From Nitrincola iocasae (GTDB taxonomy: Bacteria; Pseudomonadota; Gammaproteobacteria; Pseudomonadales; Balneatricaceae), in contig NZ_CP044222.1 in the NCBI RefSeq assembly GCF_008727795.1, forward strand, positions 1,762,518-1,786,517: 24,000 nucleotides of DNA. Reading direction: 5' to 3'. The notes beneath the pieces are model-generated. The model made no database searches. It was not told the DNA's origin and worked only from the letters and a program-made list of their open reading frames with translations. This document shows, one piece after another, positions 1-7,584 of the stretch. Position numbers and translations under genes: made by a program. Within the stretch, counting starts at the first letter, position 1; every line of letters starts with the position of its first letter.

Positions 1-18
1 TTTAAATAGTTTAGAGGA

Positions 19-60
19 TCAAGCTGGCTGACCCCTTGATGAGCTGGCTGACCCCTTGAT
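19..60. repeat. Tandem pair of 20-bp REP-like units (AAGCTGGCTGACCCCTTGAT / GAGCTGGCTGACCCCTTGAT)
   Basis: Direct reading: 21-40 and 41-60 differ at one base. The unit matches the ends of the RAYT element at 12536-13345. Confidence 0.95.
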
Positions 61-1134
61 GGTTTGTCGGTAAGCGGGGGTTAGTTGGGAAAGACGCCAG
101 TTATTGGGTGCGGGTTGTTCTGGTGGGTTGTGTAGCCAGTGAATCAGCTGTTCGGCGGCGGCGTCAGCTTCGGTATCCGGGTCTTGGGGATGGCTGGCAT
201 AACACTGCTCAGTCGGGATGTACTCAGGGTAAGCCAGGCGATTTGGTGCTAGCGCGAGGCAGCCAGAGGCCATGGCTTCGAGCATGGAAAGGCCCTGAAA
301 ATCGTGCAGAGCGGTGGATAACACGATATCAGCTTGCTGCAATAGTTGATGATACTCATCGACCTGGGTTTGATAACCAAAGTGCAACAGGCGGCTGTGG
401 TGTGCCTGTTGAATCTGTGCAAAGGCCTCGGGTTGCTGTCGAAACTGCTCACCTACCAGACTTAAACGAAAATCCTGTCCGCGTGCTACCAGATTATCCA
501 GCAGTTTCAGTAAACGATCTGGTCCCTTGTCGTATTCCCAGCGATGGTTCCAAAGCAGGTGCGGGCAACGGGTATCTGTCAGGCGTGCGCGTTTAACAAA
601 CAGCTTGTCTTCTATGGGAACTGGCAAGATGGACGATTTAGCCAACAACGCCTGTGGCAGGCCCTTGGGGAGTGCATCGGGCAGCTTTTTTAACAGTCCG
701 GCGACACCCTGAACAAAACTCTGGCGATTCCACTCACTGTTGAACAGCAACCGGTCTGCGGCAACGGCACTGTAAAGGTTAATCATTTGTGGCTCATAGC
801 TGTTGAACTGACGGCCAGAGTCCGGAAAAGCAAACTGGTTTTCGTGCAAATAGAGCAGAGCAGGCACTTGCGCCAGTTTTGGATGAAAACCGCGCAGGCT
901 GGCAAGATCCGTCATGGAAGTGGCCAGGAGCAGATCCCAGGGCTGTTGCAGCAAGGGCTCATTCAACCAACTCAGCGCATTACCGCGTATCCGCCAACTG
1001 AAGTAACGGGGCGGCAGTGACAGACAATGCCACTCAAACTCAGGTAATGAGTTTACTAACTGTTGCCGCCAGCGCTGATGGCTGGCGGCGTCATAGGCAG
1101 AGAGAATCAGGATACGGGGGCGGGTTGGACTCAT
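19..1134 (-). CDS. DUF3524/GTDC1-like glycosyltransferase (tRNA-queuosine alpha-mannosyltransferase-like)
   Basis: 371-aa ORF. N-terminus ILILSAYDAASHQRWRQQL..WHCLSLPPRYFSWRIRGNAL, then LLYLHENQFAFP, HLLWNHRWEYDKGP and HDFQGLSMLEAMASGCLALAPNRLAYPEYIP resemble the human GTDC1/QTMAN pattern (YFHENQL, HRWEHDK, ISTAKHEFFGVAMLEA..YPE). The last ~12 codons come from the tandem repeat. Confidence 0.85.
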   Translation of the reverse strand: MSPTRPRILILSAYDAASHQRWRQQLVNSLPEFEWHCLSLPPRYFSWRIRGNALSWLNEPLLQQPWDLLLATSMTDLASLRGFHPKLAQVPALLYLHENQFAFPDSGRQFNSYEPQMINLYSAVAADRLLFNSEWNRQSFVQGVAGLLKKLPDALPKGLPQALLAKSSILPVPIEDKLFVKRARLTDTRCPHLLWNHRWEYDKGPDRLLKLLDNLVARGQDFRLSLVGEQFRQQPEAFAQIQQAHHSRLLHFGYQTQVDEYHQLLQQADIVLSTALHDFQGLSMLEAMASGCLALAPNRLAYPEYIPTEQCYASHPQDPDTEADAAAEQLIHWLHNPPEQPAPNNWRLSQLTPAYRQTIKGSASSSRGQPA

Positions 1135-1252
1135 AAATGAAATTCAGGCCGTTACCAAATGCGCTGTATTGTTCCACAAAATCTATCGCTTGTCGGCAAG
1201 CCTGGTCACAAAAATCCAACCACATCCCCGTTTATTTGCAGCAAGGCTTTGC

Positions 1253-1666
1253 TTACTCGACTGTAATGGTTATTTTCTCCGAGATCATTGGCTCAGTATG
1301 GGGGATATGCATCAAATCACCCATTAGCAGCTGCAGCGTATGCTCACCGGGTTCCAGCTCCAGGGTGACTTCGGTTTGCCCACCACCAAAGTGCAAATGA
1401 CGTTCATCCGTTGGGACCGGCATATCCAGAGCGGGCAAGGTGTCGACATTGATTAACAGATGGTGATGCCCGGTGTTTGGGAAATCAACGCCAGCAGGTG
1501 CAACTCCCATGCCTTTCACTCCAAAGTGAACAGTAACCGGGTTGCTAAGGGTTTCACCGTCTGCTGGAGAGATGATATAGAGTTTTTTCTCCTCGTTAGC
1601 AACCGATGACAGTGGCAGCAGAAATAAAAGCAGAAGTAGAGCCAGAAGAGGGGATTGCCATTTCAT
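1253..1666 (-). CDS. Secreted DUF4399-type protein
   Basis: 137-aa ORF with a signal peptide (MKWQSPLLALLLLLFLLPLSSVANE) and His-rich motifs GVDFPNTGHHHLLINVD and ERHLHFGGGQTE, typical of DUF4399. RBS-like AAGGAG upstream. Confidence 0.8.
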   Translation of the reverse strand: MKWQSPLLALLLLLFLLPLSSVANEEKKLYIISPADGETLSNPVTVHFGVKGMGVAPAGVDFPNTGHHHLLINVDTLPALDMPVPTDERHLHFGGGQTEVTLELEPGEHTLQLLMGDLMHIPHTEPMISEKITITVE

Positions 1667-1713
1667 GATGAACTCCTTGTTATGCTTATTTTTGGGTGTG
1701 AGTGACTGTCTTC

Positions 1714-1741
1714 AGCCTAGATCAACCAGGATGCTTGTCAA
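1714..1741 (-). promoter_or_regulatory. Candidate sigma70 promoter for the DUF4399 gene
   Basis: Minus strand TTGACA (1736-1741), 16-bp spacer, TAGGCT (1714-1719), in the divergent intergenic region about 50 bp upstream of the ATG. Confidence 0.35.
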
Positions 1742-1813
1742 ATAGAGCAATAACGATAATAGCTCCAATAAACACCTCCAGCCGTAATAAGTACAAATAA
1801 TCGGAGTGAAAAT

Positions 1814-2509
1814 ATGTCAACTATCTACATCCTGGGAGGCGGAGCTATAGGCTCAGCTGTTGCTCGGCTCAAAGCCTCTACCGGAGCATCGGTTACCCTC
1901 ATTACCAGACATCCAAACGATCTGCCTGACAATATTAATCAGATACACATCGCCTCCTGGGACTGGCATGAAATTACGCAGACACTTCACAACTTAGCCT
2001 TACCCGATCAATTTCTGGTAACCAATGGCCTGCTTTGGTCAGAAACACAAAGGCCAGAGAAGCGCACCGAGGCACTGACTCAGGAGGCATTACTTGCTTC
2101 ATTTTCCGCAAATGTTTTAGTGACGGCGGCTTGTTTACAGCACGTAAGTGGCCGAATGAAGCGTGATACCGTCCTAAGATTTATGGCGATTTCAGCAAAG
2201 GTTGGCAGTATTAGTGATAATCGATTAGGGGGGTGGTATGCCTATCGTACATCCAAAGCGGCTTTGAATATGCTGGTTAAAACCACAGCAATAGAGTGGC
2301 AACGGCGCTTTCCGTTATCGGCTTTGGCCACCTACCATCCGGGTACAACAGCTAGTGGTTTGTCTGAACCTTTCCAGCAGCGTGTACCAGCTGGTCAGCT
2401 TAAAACACCTGAAGATGCGGCGCATTGTTTAGTGGAAGTCATAAATTCTCTAGCGCCTGAGGCGAGTGGTCAATTATTGAACTGGGATGGAAATACACTG
2501 GCATTTTGA
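1814..2509 (+). CDS. SDR-family oxidoreductase (C-factor-like)
   Basis: 231-aa ORF with N-terminal GGGAIGSA nucleotide-binding motif, catalytic-type YRTSK, and a TYHPGTTASGLSEPF segment typical of C-factor-like SDRs. Confidence 0.85.
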   Translation: MSTIYILGGGAIGSAVARLKASTGASVTLITRHPNDLPDNINQIHIASWDWHEITQTLHNLALPDQFLVTNGLLWSETQRPEKRTEALTQEALLASFSANVLVTAACLQHVSGRMKRDTVLRFMAISAKVGSISDNRLGGWYAYRTSKAALNMLVKTTAIEWQRRFPLSALATYHPGTTASGLSEPFQQRVPAGQLKTPEDAAHCLVEVINSLAPEASGQLLNWDGNTLAF

Positions 2510-2577
2510 TTTACATAACAGAGCGCTTAACCTAAAGTCGATACTGGATCAAATAATAAATATCACTAGGAGGCTGC

Positions 2578-3732
2578 ATGGTTCCTGTTTCCATGAGTGC
2601 AATGTGTTTAATGGGTCATGGCGGGCTGGAGCAACTGGTCTATCGTCAGGATGTGCCAGTACCAGAGCCTAAAGATGATGAAGTCCTGGTGAAAATCACT
2701 GCAACGGCAAAAAATAATACGGACAGAAAAGCGCGTGAAGGTTTGTATCCGGTTGGCAGCAGCAACGAAGTCACGTCCTTTCAGATGGGAGGGACGCCAA
2801 CCCTAACCTTTCCACGTATTCAGGGTGCGGATGTTGTCGGTAGAATTGTTGCCGCAGGTCGGGATGTACCCGTGTCTCGCATAGGCGAGCGTGGTTTACT
2901 GGACTTTAATCTCTACCCGGATGAGCGTGAAAACCTGAATCTGATGCCTGACTACTATGGCCATGGAGCTGATGGTGGTTATGCTGACTATGTTGCAGTA
3001 AAAGCAAATCAGTTTTATCACCTGCCGAATAAAGACCTGGCCGATGCTGAATTGGCTTCAATGGGCATGTGTTCCTATCAAACCGCGTATCATATGTTAA
3101 CGGCAGCCAAGGTCTGTGCTGGAGAGCGAGTGCTGGTATCTGGTGCTAGTGGTGGCGTGGGTACAGCCCTGATTCAACTATGTCGTATTATGGATGCCAT
3201 TCCTTATGCTGTGAGTCAGCCAGATAAAGCTGAGGGCTTGTTAGAGCTGGGAGCTGAAGCTGTAATAGATCGCGGAAGTATGGATGATTTTGTCGAGCGT
3301 GTGCTGAGTGCGACTGGTGGTGCCCCGATTGATGCCGTGATGGATCTTGTGGGCGGAGAGATGACTGATCGTTTTATCGATACCATGATTCAGGATATGC
3401 ATGCCCGAACAACCTATCCGCGCCTAAGTATTGCCGGTGCCAGTGGTGGTAATATCAGTCAGGTGATGTGGACACGAATTTACCTTTATCAAGTGCAGAT
3501 TTTTGGTGTGTCGCATGGAACCCGGCAAGAGGCACAACAATTAATGCATTGGATAGAGCAGGGGAAACTCAAACCTGTTTTGCATGGTACTTTTCGGCTT
3601 TCAGACTTGCATGCGGCTGAAACCTATTTTGTTAACCGAAGCAGTAACTATCTGGGAAAAATAGTCATTGTTCCGGATGGTGAATGGGCTGAACATGGTG
3701 CTCCTTTTGCGTTGCCGGAGGCTGAAGTATGA
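2578..3732 (+). CDS. Medium-chain dehydrogenase/reductase, quinone-oxidoreductase/alcohol-dehydrogenase-like, probably without catalytic zinc
   Basis: 384-aa ORF. GADVVGRIVAAG, VLVSGASGGVGTALIQLC Rossmann motif, and NNTDRK in place of the zinc-Cys region. RBS AGGAGG upstream; its 3' end overlaps the next gene. Confidence 0.85.
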   Translation: MVPVSMSAMCLMGHGGLEQLVYRQDVPVPEPKDDEVLVKITATAKNNTDRKAREGLYPVGSSNEVTSFQMGGTPTLTFPRIQGADVVGRIVAAGRDVPVSRIGERGLLDFNLYPDERENLNLMPDYYGHGADGGYADYVAVKANQFYHLPNKDLADAELASMGMCSYQTAYHMLTAAKVCAGERVLVSGASGGVGTALIQLCRIMDAIPYAVSQPDKAEGLLELGAEAVIDRGSMDDFVERVLSATGGAPIDAVMDLVGGEMTDRFIDTMIQDMHARTTYPRLSIAGASGGNISQVMWTRIYLYQVQIFGVSHGTRQEAQQLMHWIEQGKLKPVLHGTFRLSDLHAAETYFVNRSSNYLGKIVIVPDGEWAEHGAPFALPEAEV

Positions 3733-4766
3733 GTAGACAACTGAGTCTGCATTTGATGGATACGCATGCCGGAGGGGACGTTAGCCGGATCGTCTATGCC
3801 GGTGTAAAAGCCCTACCGGGAGAGAATGTCCGACAACAGATGGAATACCTGCAGCACCAGGCTGATGGGCTGAGGACACTGTTATTGTCCGAACCCTATG
3901 GTATTCCGGAAATGTCGGTGGATCTGCTGGTGCCAGCCACTAACCCGCAAGCGGTCGCCGGTTATATTATTATGGAGGTGATGGGCTATCCGATCTATTC
4001 CGGCTCCAACACCCTGTGCACAGCAACCGCTGTGCTGGAACTGGGTGTGGTACCCAAGCAGGAAGGTCGACAGCAATTTATGCTGGAATCACCGGCTGGA
4101 CTGGTACAGATCGACGCTGAGATACGCGACGGGGTGGTGGAATCAATTACCTGTGAAGGCCTTCCCAGTTATATCGATAGCTATCAACAAACTATCCTGG
4201 TACCCGGCTTGGGGGAGGTGACCTACAGCATTGCCTACAGTGGTGGTTTTTACGCTCTGGTGGATGCAGCCGAGCTGGGTTTCAATCTGACACTCGATGA
4301 AGAAGCCCGTTTAAGTGTCTGTGCACACGCGATAATTGAGGCGATTAGAATAGAGCAAAATTTTCGTCATTATTCACTGGATGATGTCGGCCCCATTCCT
4401 TTCCTGCATTTTATGGGGCCGGTTGAAAATCCGGCAAAGGGGCAGTATCAATCACGTTCGGCTACCTACGTGCATCCGGGTGTGATCTGTCGAAGTACCA
4501 CGGGTACCGGTACCTCTGCGCGTCTGGCTTTGATGCAGTATGAAAAGCGCATTGTGCCAGGAGATACGCTGGAAACCTGCTCTTTGAGAGAAACCCGCTT
4601 TGTTGGCCGATTTACCGGTTTGAGTCAGGTAGAAGGGCAAACGCTGGTTGAAAACAGCATTACCGGTAAAGCCTATGTGTTAAATCGTGCTGAAATAATC
4701 GTGAATGCAGATGATCCCATGGTGAAAAGTGACGGGTTAGGTTCGTTGCTCTATCCACTTGACTGA
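3729..4766 (+). CDS. Proline racemase / hydroxyproline epimerase / 3-hydroxyproline dehydratase superfamily protein
   Basis: 345-aa ORF. MDTHAGGDVSRIV N-terminus, IYSGSNTLCTATAVLE at the first catalytic motif, GVICRSTTGTGTSARLAL at the second. ATGA overlap with the upstream gene. Confidence 0.85.
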   Translation: MSRQLSLHLMDTHAGGDVSRIVYAGVKALPGENVRQQMEYLQHQADGLRTLLLSEPYGIPEMSVDLLVPATNPQAVAGYIIMEVMGYPIYSGSNTLCTATAVLELGVVPKQEGRQQFMLESPAGLVQIDAEIRDGVVESITCEGLPSYIDSYQQTILVPGLGEVTYSIAYSGGFYALVDAAELGFNLTLDEEARLSVCAHAIIEAIRIEQNFRHYSLDDVGPIPFLHFMGPVENPAKGQYQSRSATYVHPGVICRSTTGTGTSARLALMQYEKRIVPGDTLETCSLRETRFVGRFTGLSQVEGQTLVENSITGKAYVLNRAEIIVNADDPMVKSDGLGSLLYPLD

Positions 4767-4876
4767 GTTGATCGCCAAGACAGTGCCATCTAGTGCTCGT
4801 GTCGTATAGATATTTTTGCTATTTTCACTGGAGCTATAGCAATAAATAGCTGTTTTATAACAACGAGGAGCTAGTC

Positions 4877-6241
4877 ATGGCGTTTGCAAAAGTGCAGGAA
4901 GCACTCGATTTTCTGGATCGTTATCCTGATATAGAGCTGTTCGAATTGTTTATTCTGGATGCCAATGGTGTGCCGAGGGGCAAGCTGCTGCATCGCGAGG
5001 AGCTGTTGCCGGTGTATGAATCCGGTCGCCCCCTGCCAAGCACTATTATGGGCCTGTCTATTAACGGCGACGATGTCGAAGATTCGGGCCTGGTGTGGGA
5101 TGTCGGTGATGTTGATTGCCGTGCCTACCCACTGACGGGTAGCCTGGTGCCCATGCCATGGCGAAGCATTCCGACAGCAGCACTACAAGTCAGTATGCAT
5201 CCACAACAGGGGCTGCCTGCGGCCGTGGCTGATCCGCGTCATCTGTTAAAGCAGGTTATCGGGCGCCTGGAAGCCAAAGGCTATTATCCTGTGATGGCTT
5301 GTGAGCTGGAGTTCTACTTGTTGGATCAACAAACCAACAGCCTTGGCCAACCTCAGTTGGCACCTGAGCCAAGTGGTGCCAGACCCGGCACCACGCAAGT
5401 GTATGGCCTGCGTGAGCTGGAACAATTAGAGCCGTTTCTGGCGGATCTCTACGCCGCCTGCAAACTGCAAGGCATACCGGCGCGCACGGCGATATCTGAA
5501 TATGCACCCGGTCAGGTTGAAATCACGCTACAGCATGGTGATGCCTTGACCGCTATGGACCAGGCAGTGCGCTACAAGCGGTTGGTGAAAGGGGTGGCAC
5601 ATCAGCATGGCATGCAAGCCTGTTTTATGGCTAAACCCTTTGCACAGCTGTCAGGTTCAGGCATGCACATGCATATCAGTCTGAACGATGGCCAAGGTAA
5701 GAATCTCTTCGCCAGCGATGATCCGGCTGGAACGCCACTATTGCGTTGGTCGATTGGTGGCATGCTGGCGTGTCTGGTCGATACACTGCTGTTTTTCTGC
5801 CCTAACGCCAACTCCTATCGGCGCTTCCAATCGGAAAGTTACGCACCGCTGGCGCCCACCTGGGGTGTCGATAACCGCACGGTATCGATGCGTATTCCCG
5901 GAGGTCCGCCTGCCAGTCGTCATATTGAACACCGTATCTGTGGTGCTGATGCCAATCCGTATTTGGCAGCAGCTGCGATTCTGGCTGGTGTGCTGCGTGG
6001 TATTGATGAACAAATAGATCCAGGTGCACCGGTGACTGGCAATGGTTATGCCCAGGTGACTGAAACCCTGCCGGGTGATTGGCTAACCACCCTGAATGCC
6101 TGTTCCACCTCGACTTGGCTACCCGAGCTGATAGACCCTGCATTTCTCAAAATTTATCAGGCAGTTAAGCAGGCTGAGTACCAGCAGTTTATGGCTGAAG
6201 TGGGTGAGCAGGACTGGCGCTGGTATCGCCACACGGCTTGA
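4877..6241 (+). CDS. Glutamine synthetase family protein, PuuA-like gamma-glutamyl-amine ligase type
   Basis: 454-aa ORF. CELEFYLLD, SGSGMHMHISL and the NSYRRF...APLAPTWGVDNRTVSMRI...EHRICGADANPYLAAAAILAG signature of class III/PuuA-like synthetases. GAGGAG RBS at 4865-4870. Confidence 0.88.
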   Translation: MAFAKVQEALDFLDRYPDIELFELFILDANGVPRGKLLHREELLPVYESGRPLPSTIMGLSINGDDVEDSGLVWDVGDVDCRAYPLTGSLVPMPWRSIPTAALQVSMHPQQGLPAAVADPRHLLKQVIGRLEAKGYYPVMACELEFYLLDQQTNSLGQPQLAPEPSGARPGTTQVYGLRELEQLEPFLADLYAACKLQGIPARTAISEYAPGQVEITLQHGDALTAMDQAVRYKRLVKGVAHQHGMQACFMAKPFAQLSGSGMHMHISLNDGQGKNLFASDDPAGTPLLRWSIGGMLACLVDTLLFFCPNANSYRRFQSESYAPLAPTWGVDNRTVSMRIPGGPPASRHIEHRICGADANPYLAAAAILAGVLRGIDEQIDPGAPVTGNGYAQVTETLPGDWLTTLNACSTSTWLPELIDPAFLKIYQAVKQAEYQQFMAEVGEQDWRWYRHTA

Positions 6242-6270
6242 TAGATTTCAGGATGATGAAGGATTGACTG

Positions 6271-7584
6271 ATGCAACATAAAAATTTGGCTGGGGCACCT
6301 CATCAGGAGCGCTTGCCTTCCTACTACAGTGCCACAGTGAATGATCAAATCGCTTACCCGCCTTTGCAGGAAGATATAGAAACGGATGTGGCGATTATAG
6401 GTGCAGGCTTTACCGGCATTGCGTCAGCGCTGGAACTGGCTGAGCGCGGGTACCGTGTGGTGGTCGTGGAGTCCAATCGTGTTGGCTGGGGCGCCTCGGG
6501 TCGTAATGGCGGTCAGGTGACCGGCAGCTTGTCCGGCGATGCGGCGATGCGGAAGCAGATGCGTGAAACGCTGGGTAAGGATGTCGATGATTTTATCTGG
6601 TTTATGCGTTGGCATGGACACGACATTATTCGTCAGCGTGTTGAGAAGTATGCCATTGACTGTGATCTGCGCTTTGGTCATCTGCATACAGCGATGAAGC
6701 CGGTACACCTGGATGAACTCCAGCAGAGTTATGCCGAGGCGCAGGCTCGCGGTATGGCCGATCAGGTCAGCTTACTTGATGCAGATGGCGTCCAGGCGGT
6801 GTTGGCAACAGAGCTGTATTGCGGAGCGCTTCGGAATAACCGCAATATGCACCTGCACCCATTGAACCTCTGTCTGGGTGAAGCGCGTGCAGCGGTTTCT
6901 TTGGGTGCCCGGATTTTTGAGCAGACGCAGGTTCAGGCCATTGAAGAGGGAGGTAAGCCGGTTGTAGTCACTGATCGAGGCCGTATTCGTGCCAGTCATG
7001 TTTTGCTGGCGGGTGATGTGTATCATCGCTTGGCTCAAAAGCAACTGGGCGGGATGATTTTTCCCGCGATGGGGGGCATAGTCACAACTGAACCTCTGGG
7101 TGAATTAGCCAGGCAGTTGAATCCGGAGAACCTGGCCGTATATGACTGCCGTTTTGTGTTGGATTACTACCGCATGACCGCCGATGGACGCCTGCTTTTT
7201 GGGGGTGGCTGTAATTACTCCGGCCGTGACTCCCGCGATATAGCGGCTGAATTGCGACCCGCAATTGAAGCGACCTTTCCTCAGTTGAAAGGTGTTCATA
7301 TTGAACATCAATGGAGTTGTGCCATGGGGATTGTGGTCAACCGTATTCCGCAATTGGGTCAGTTATCCCCCAATGTCTGGTACTGTCAGGGGTATTCCGG
7401 TCATGGTGTGGCCAGTAGCCATATTATGGGTGAAATTATGGCTGAGGCGATTAGCGGTCAACTGGATAAGTTTGATGTCTTTGCCCGCTGTTCACATGTG
7501 CGTGTCCCCATGGGTGATTGGCTGGGTAATCCGATGCTGGCAGCAGGGATGTGGTACTACCGTTTGCGGGAAGCACTGCGTTGA
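6271..7584 (+). CDS. FAD-dependent amine oxidoreductase, PuuB-like (DAO family)
   Basis: 437-aa ORF. DVAIIGAGFTGIASALELAERGYRVVVVE dinucleotide-binding motif, GWGASGRNGGQV, and C-terminal YCQGYSGHGVASSHIMGEIMAEAISG as in gamma-glutamylputrescine oxidases. Confidence 0.88.
   Translation: MQHKNLAGAPHQERLPSYYSATVNDQIAYPPLQEDIETDVAIIGAGFTGIASALELAERGYRVVVVESNRVGWGASGRNGGQVTGSLSGDAAMRKQMRETLGKDVDDFIWFMRWHGHDIIRQRVEKYAIDCDLRFGHLHTAMKPVHLDELQQSYAEAQARGMADQVSLLDADGVQAVLATELYCGALRNNRNMHLHPLNLCLGEARAAVSLGARIFEQTQVQAIEEGGKPVVVTDRGRIRASHVLLAGDVYHRLAQKQLGGMIFPAMGGIVTTEPLGELARQLNPENLAVYDCRFVLDYYRMTADGRLLFGGGCNYSGRDSRDIAAELRPAIEATFPQLKGVHIEHQWSCAMGIVVNRIPQLGQLSPNVWYCQGYSGHGVASSHIMGEIMAEAISGQLDKFDVFARCSHVRVPMGDWLGNPMLAAGMWYYRLREALR

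Noticed and set aside
108-596. 162-aa plus-strand ORF opposite the glycosyltransferase
   Set aside because: Antisense to a gene with clear family motifs; Arg/Gly-rich with no recognisable domain.
4832-4851. AGCTAT...ATAGCT inverted repeat followed by GTTTT between the racemase-like and GS-like genes
   Set aside because: Only a 6-bp AT-rich stem with an 8-nt loop; too weak to claim as a terminator or attenuator.
5802-6143. 113-aa plus-frame ORF overlapping the glutamine-synthetase-like gene
   Set aside because: Out-of-frame translation of conserved GS signature regions; no domain.
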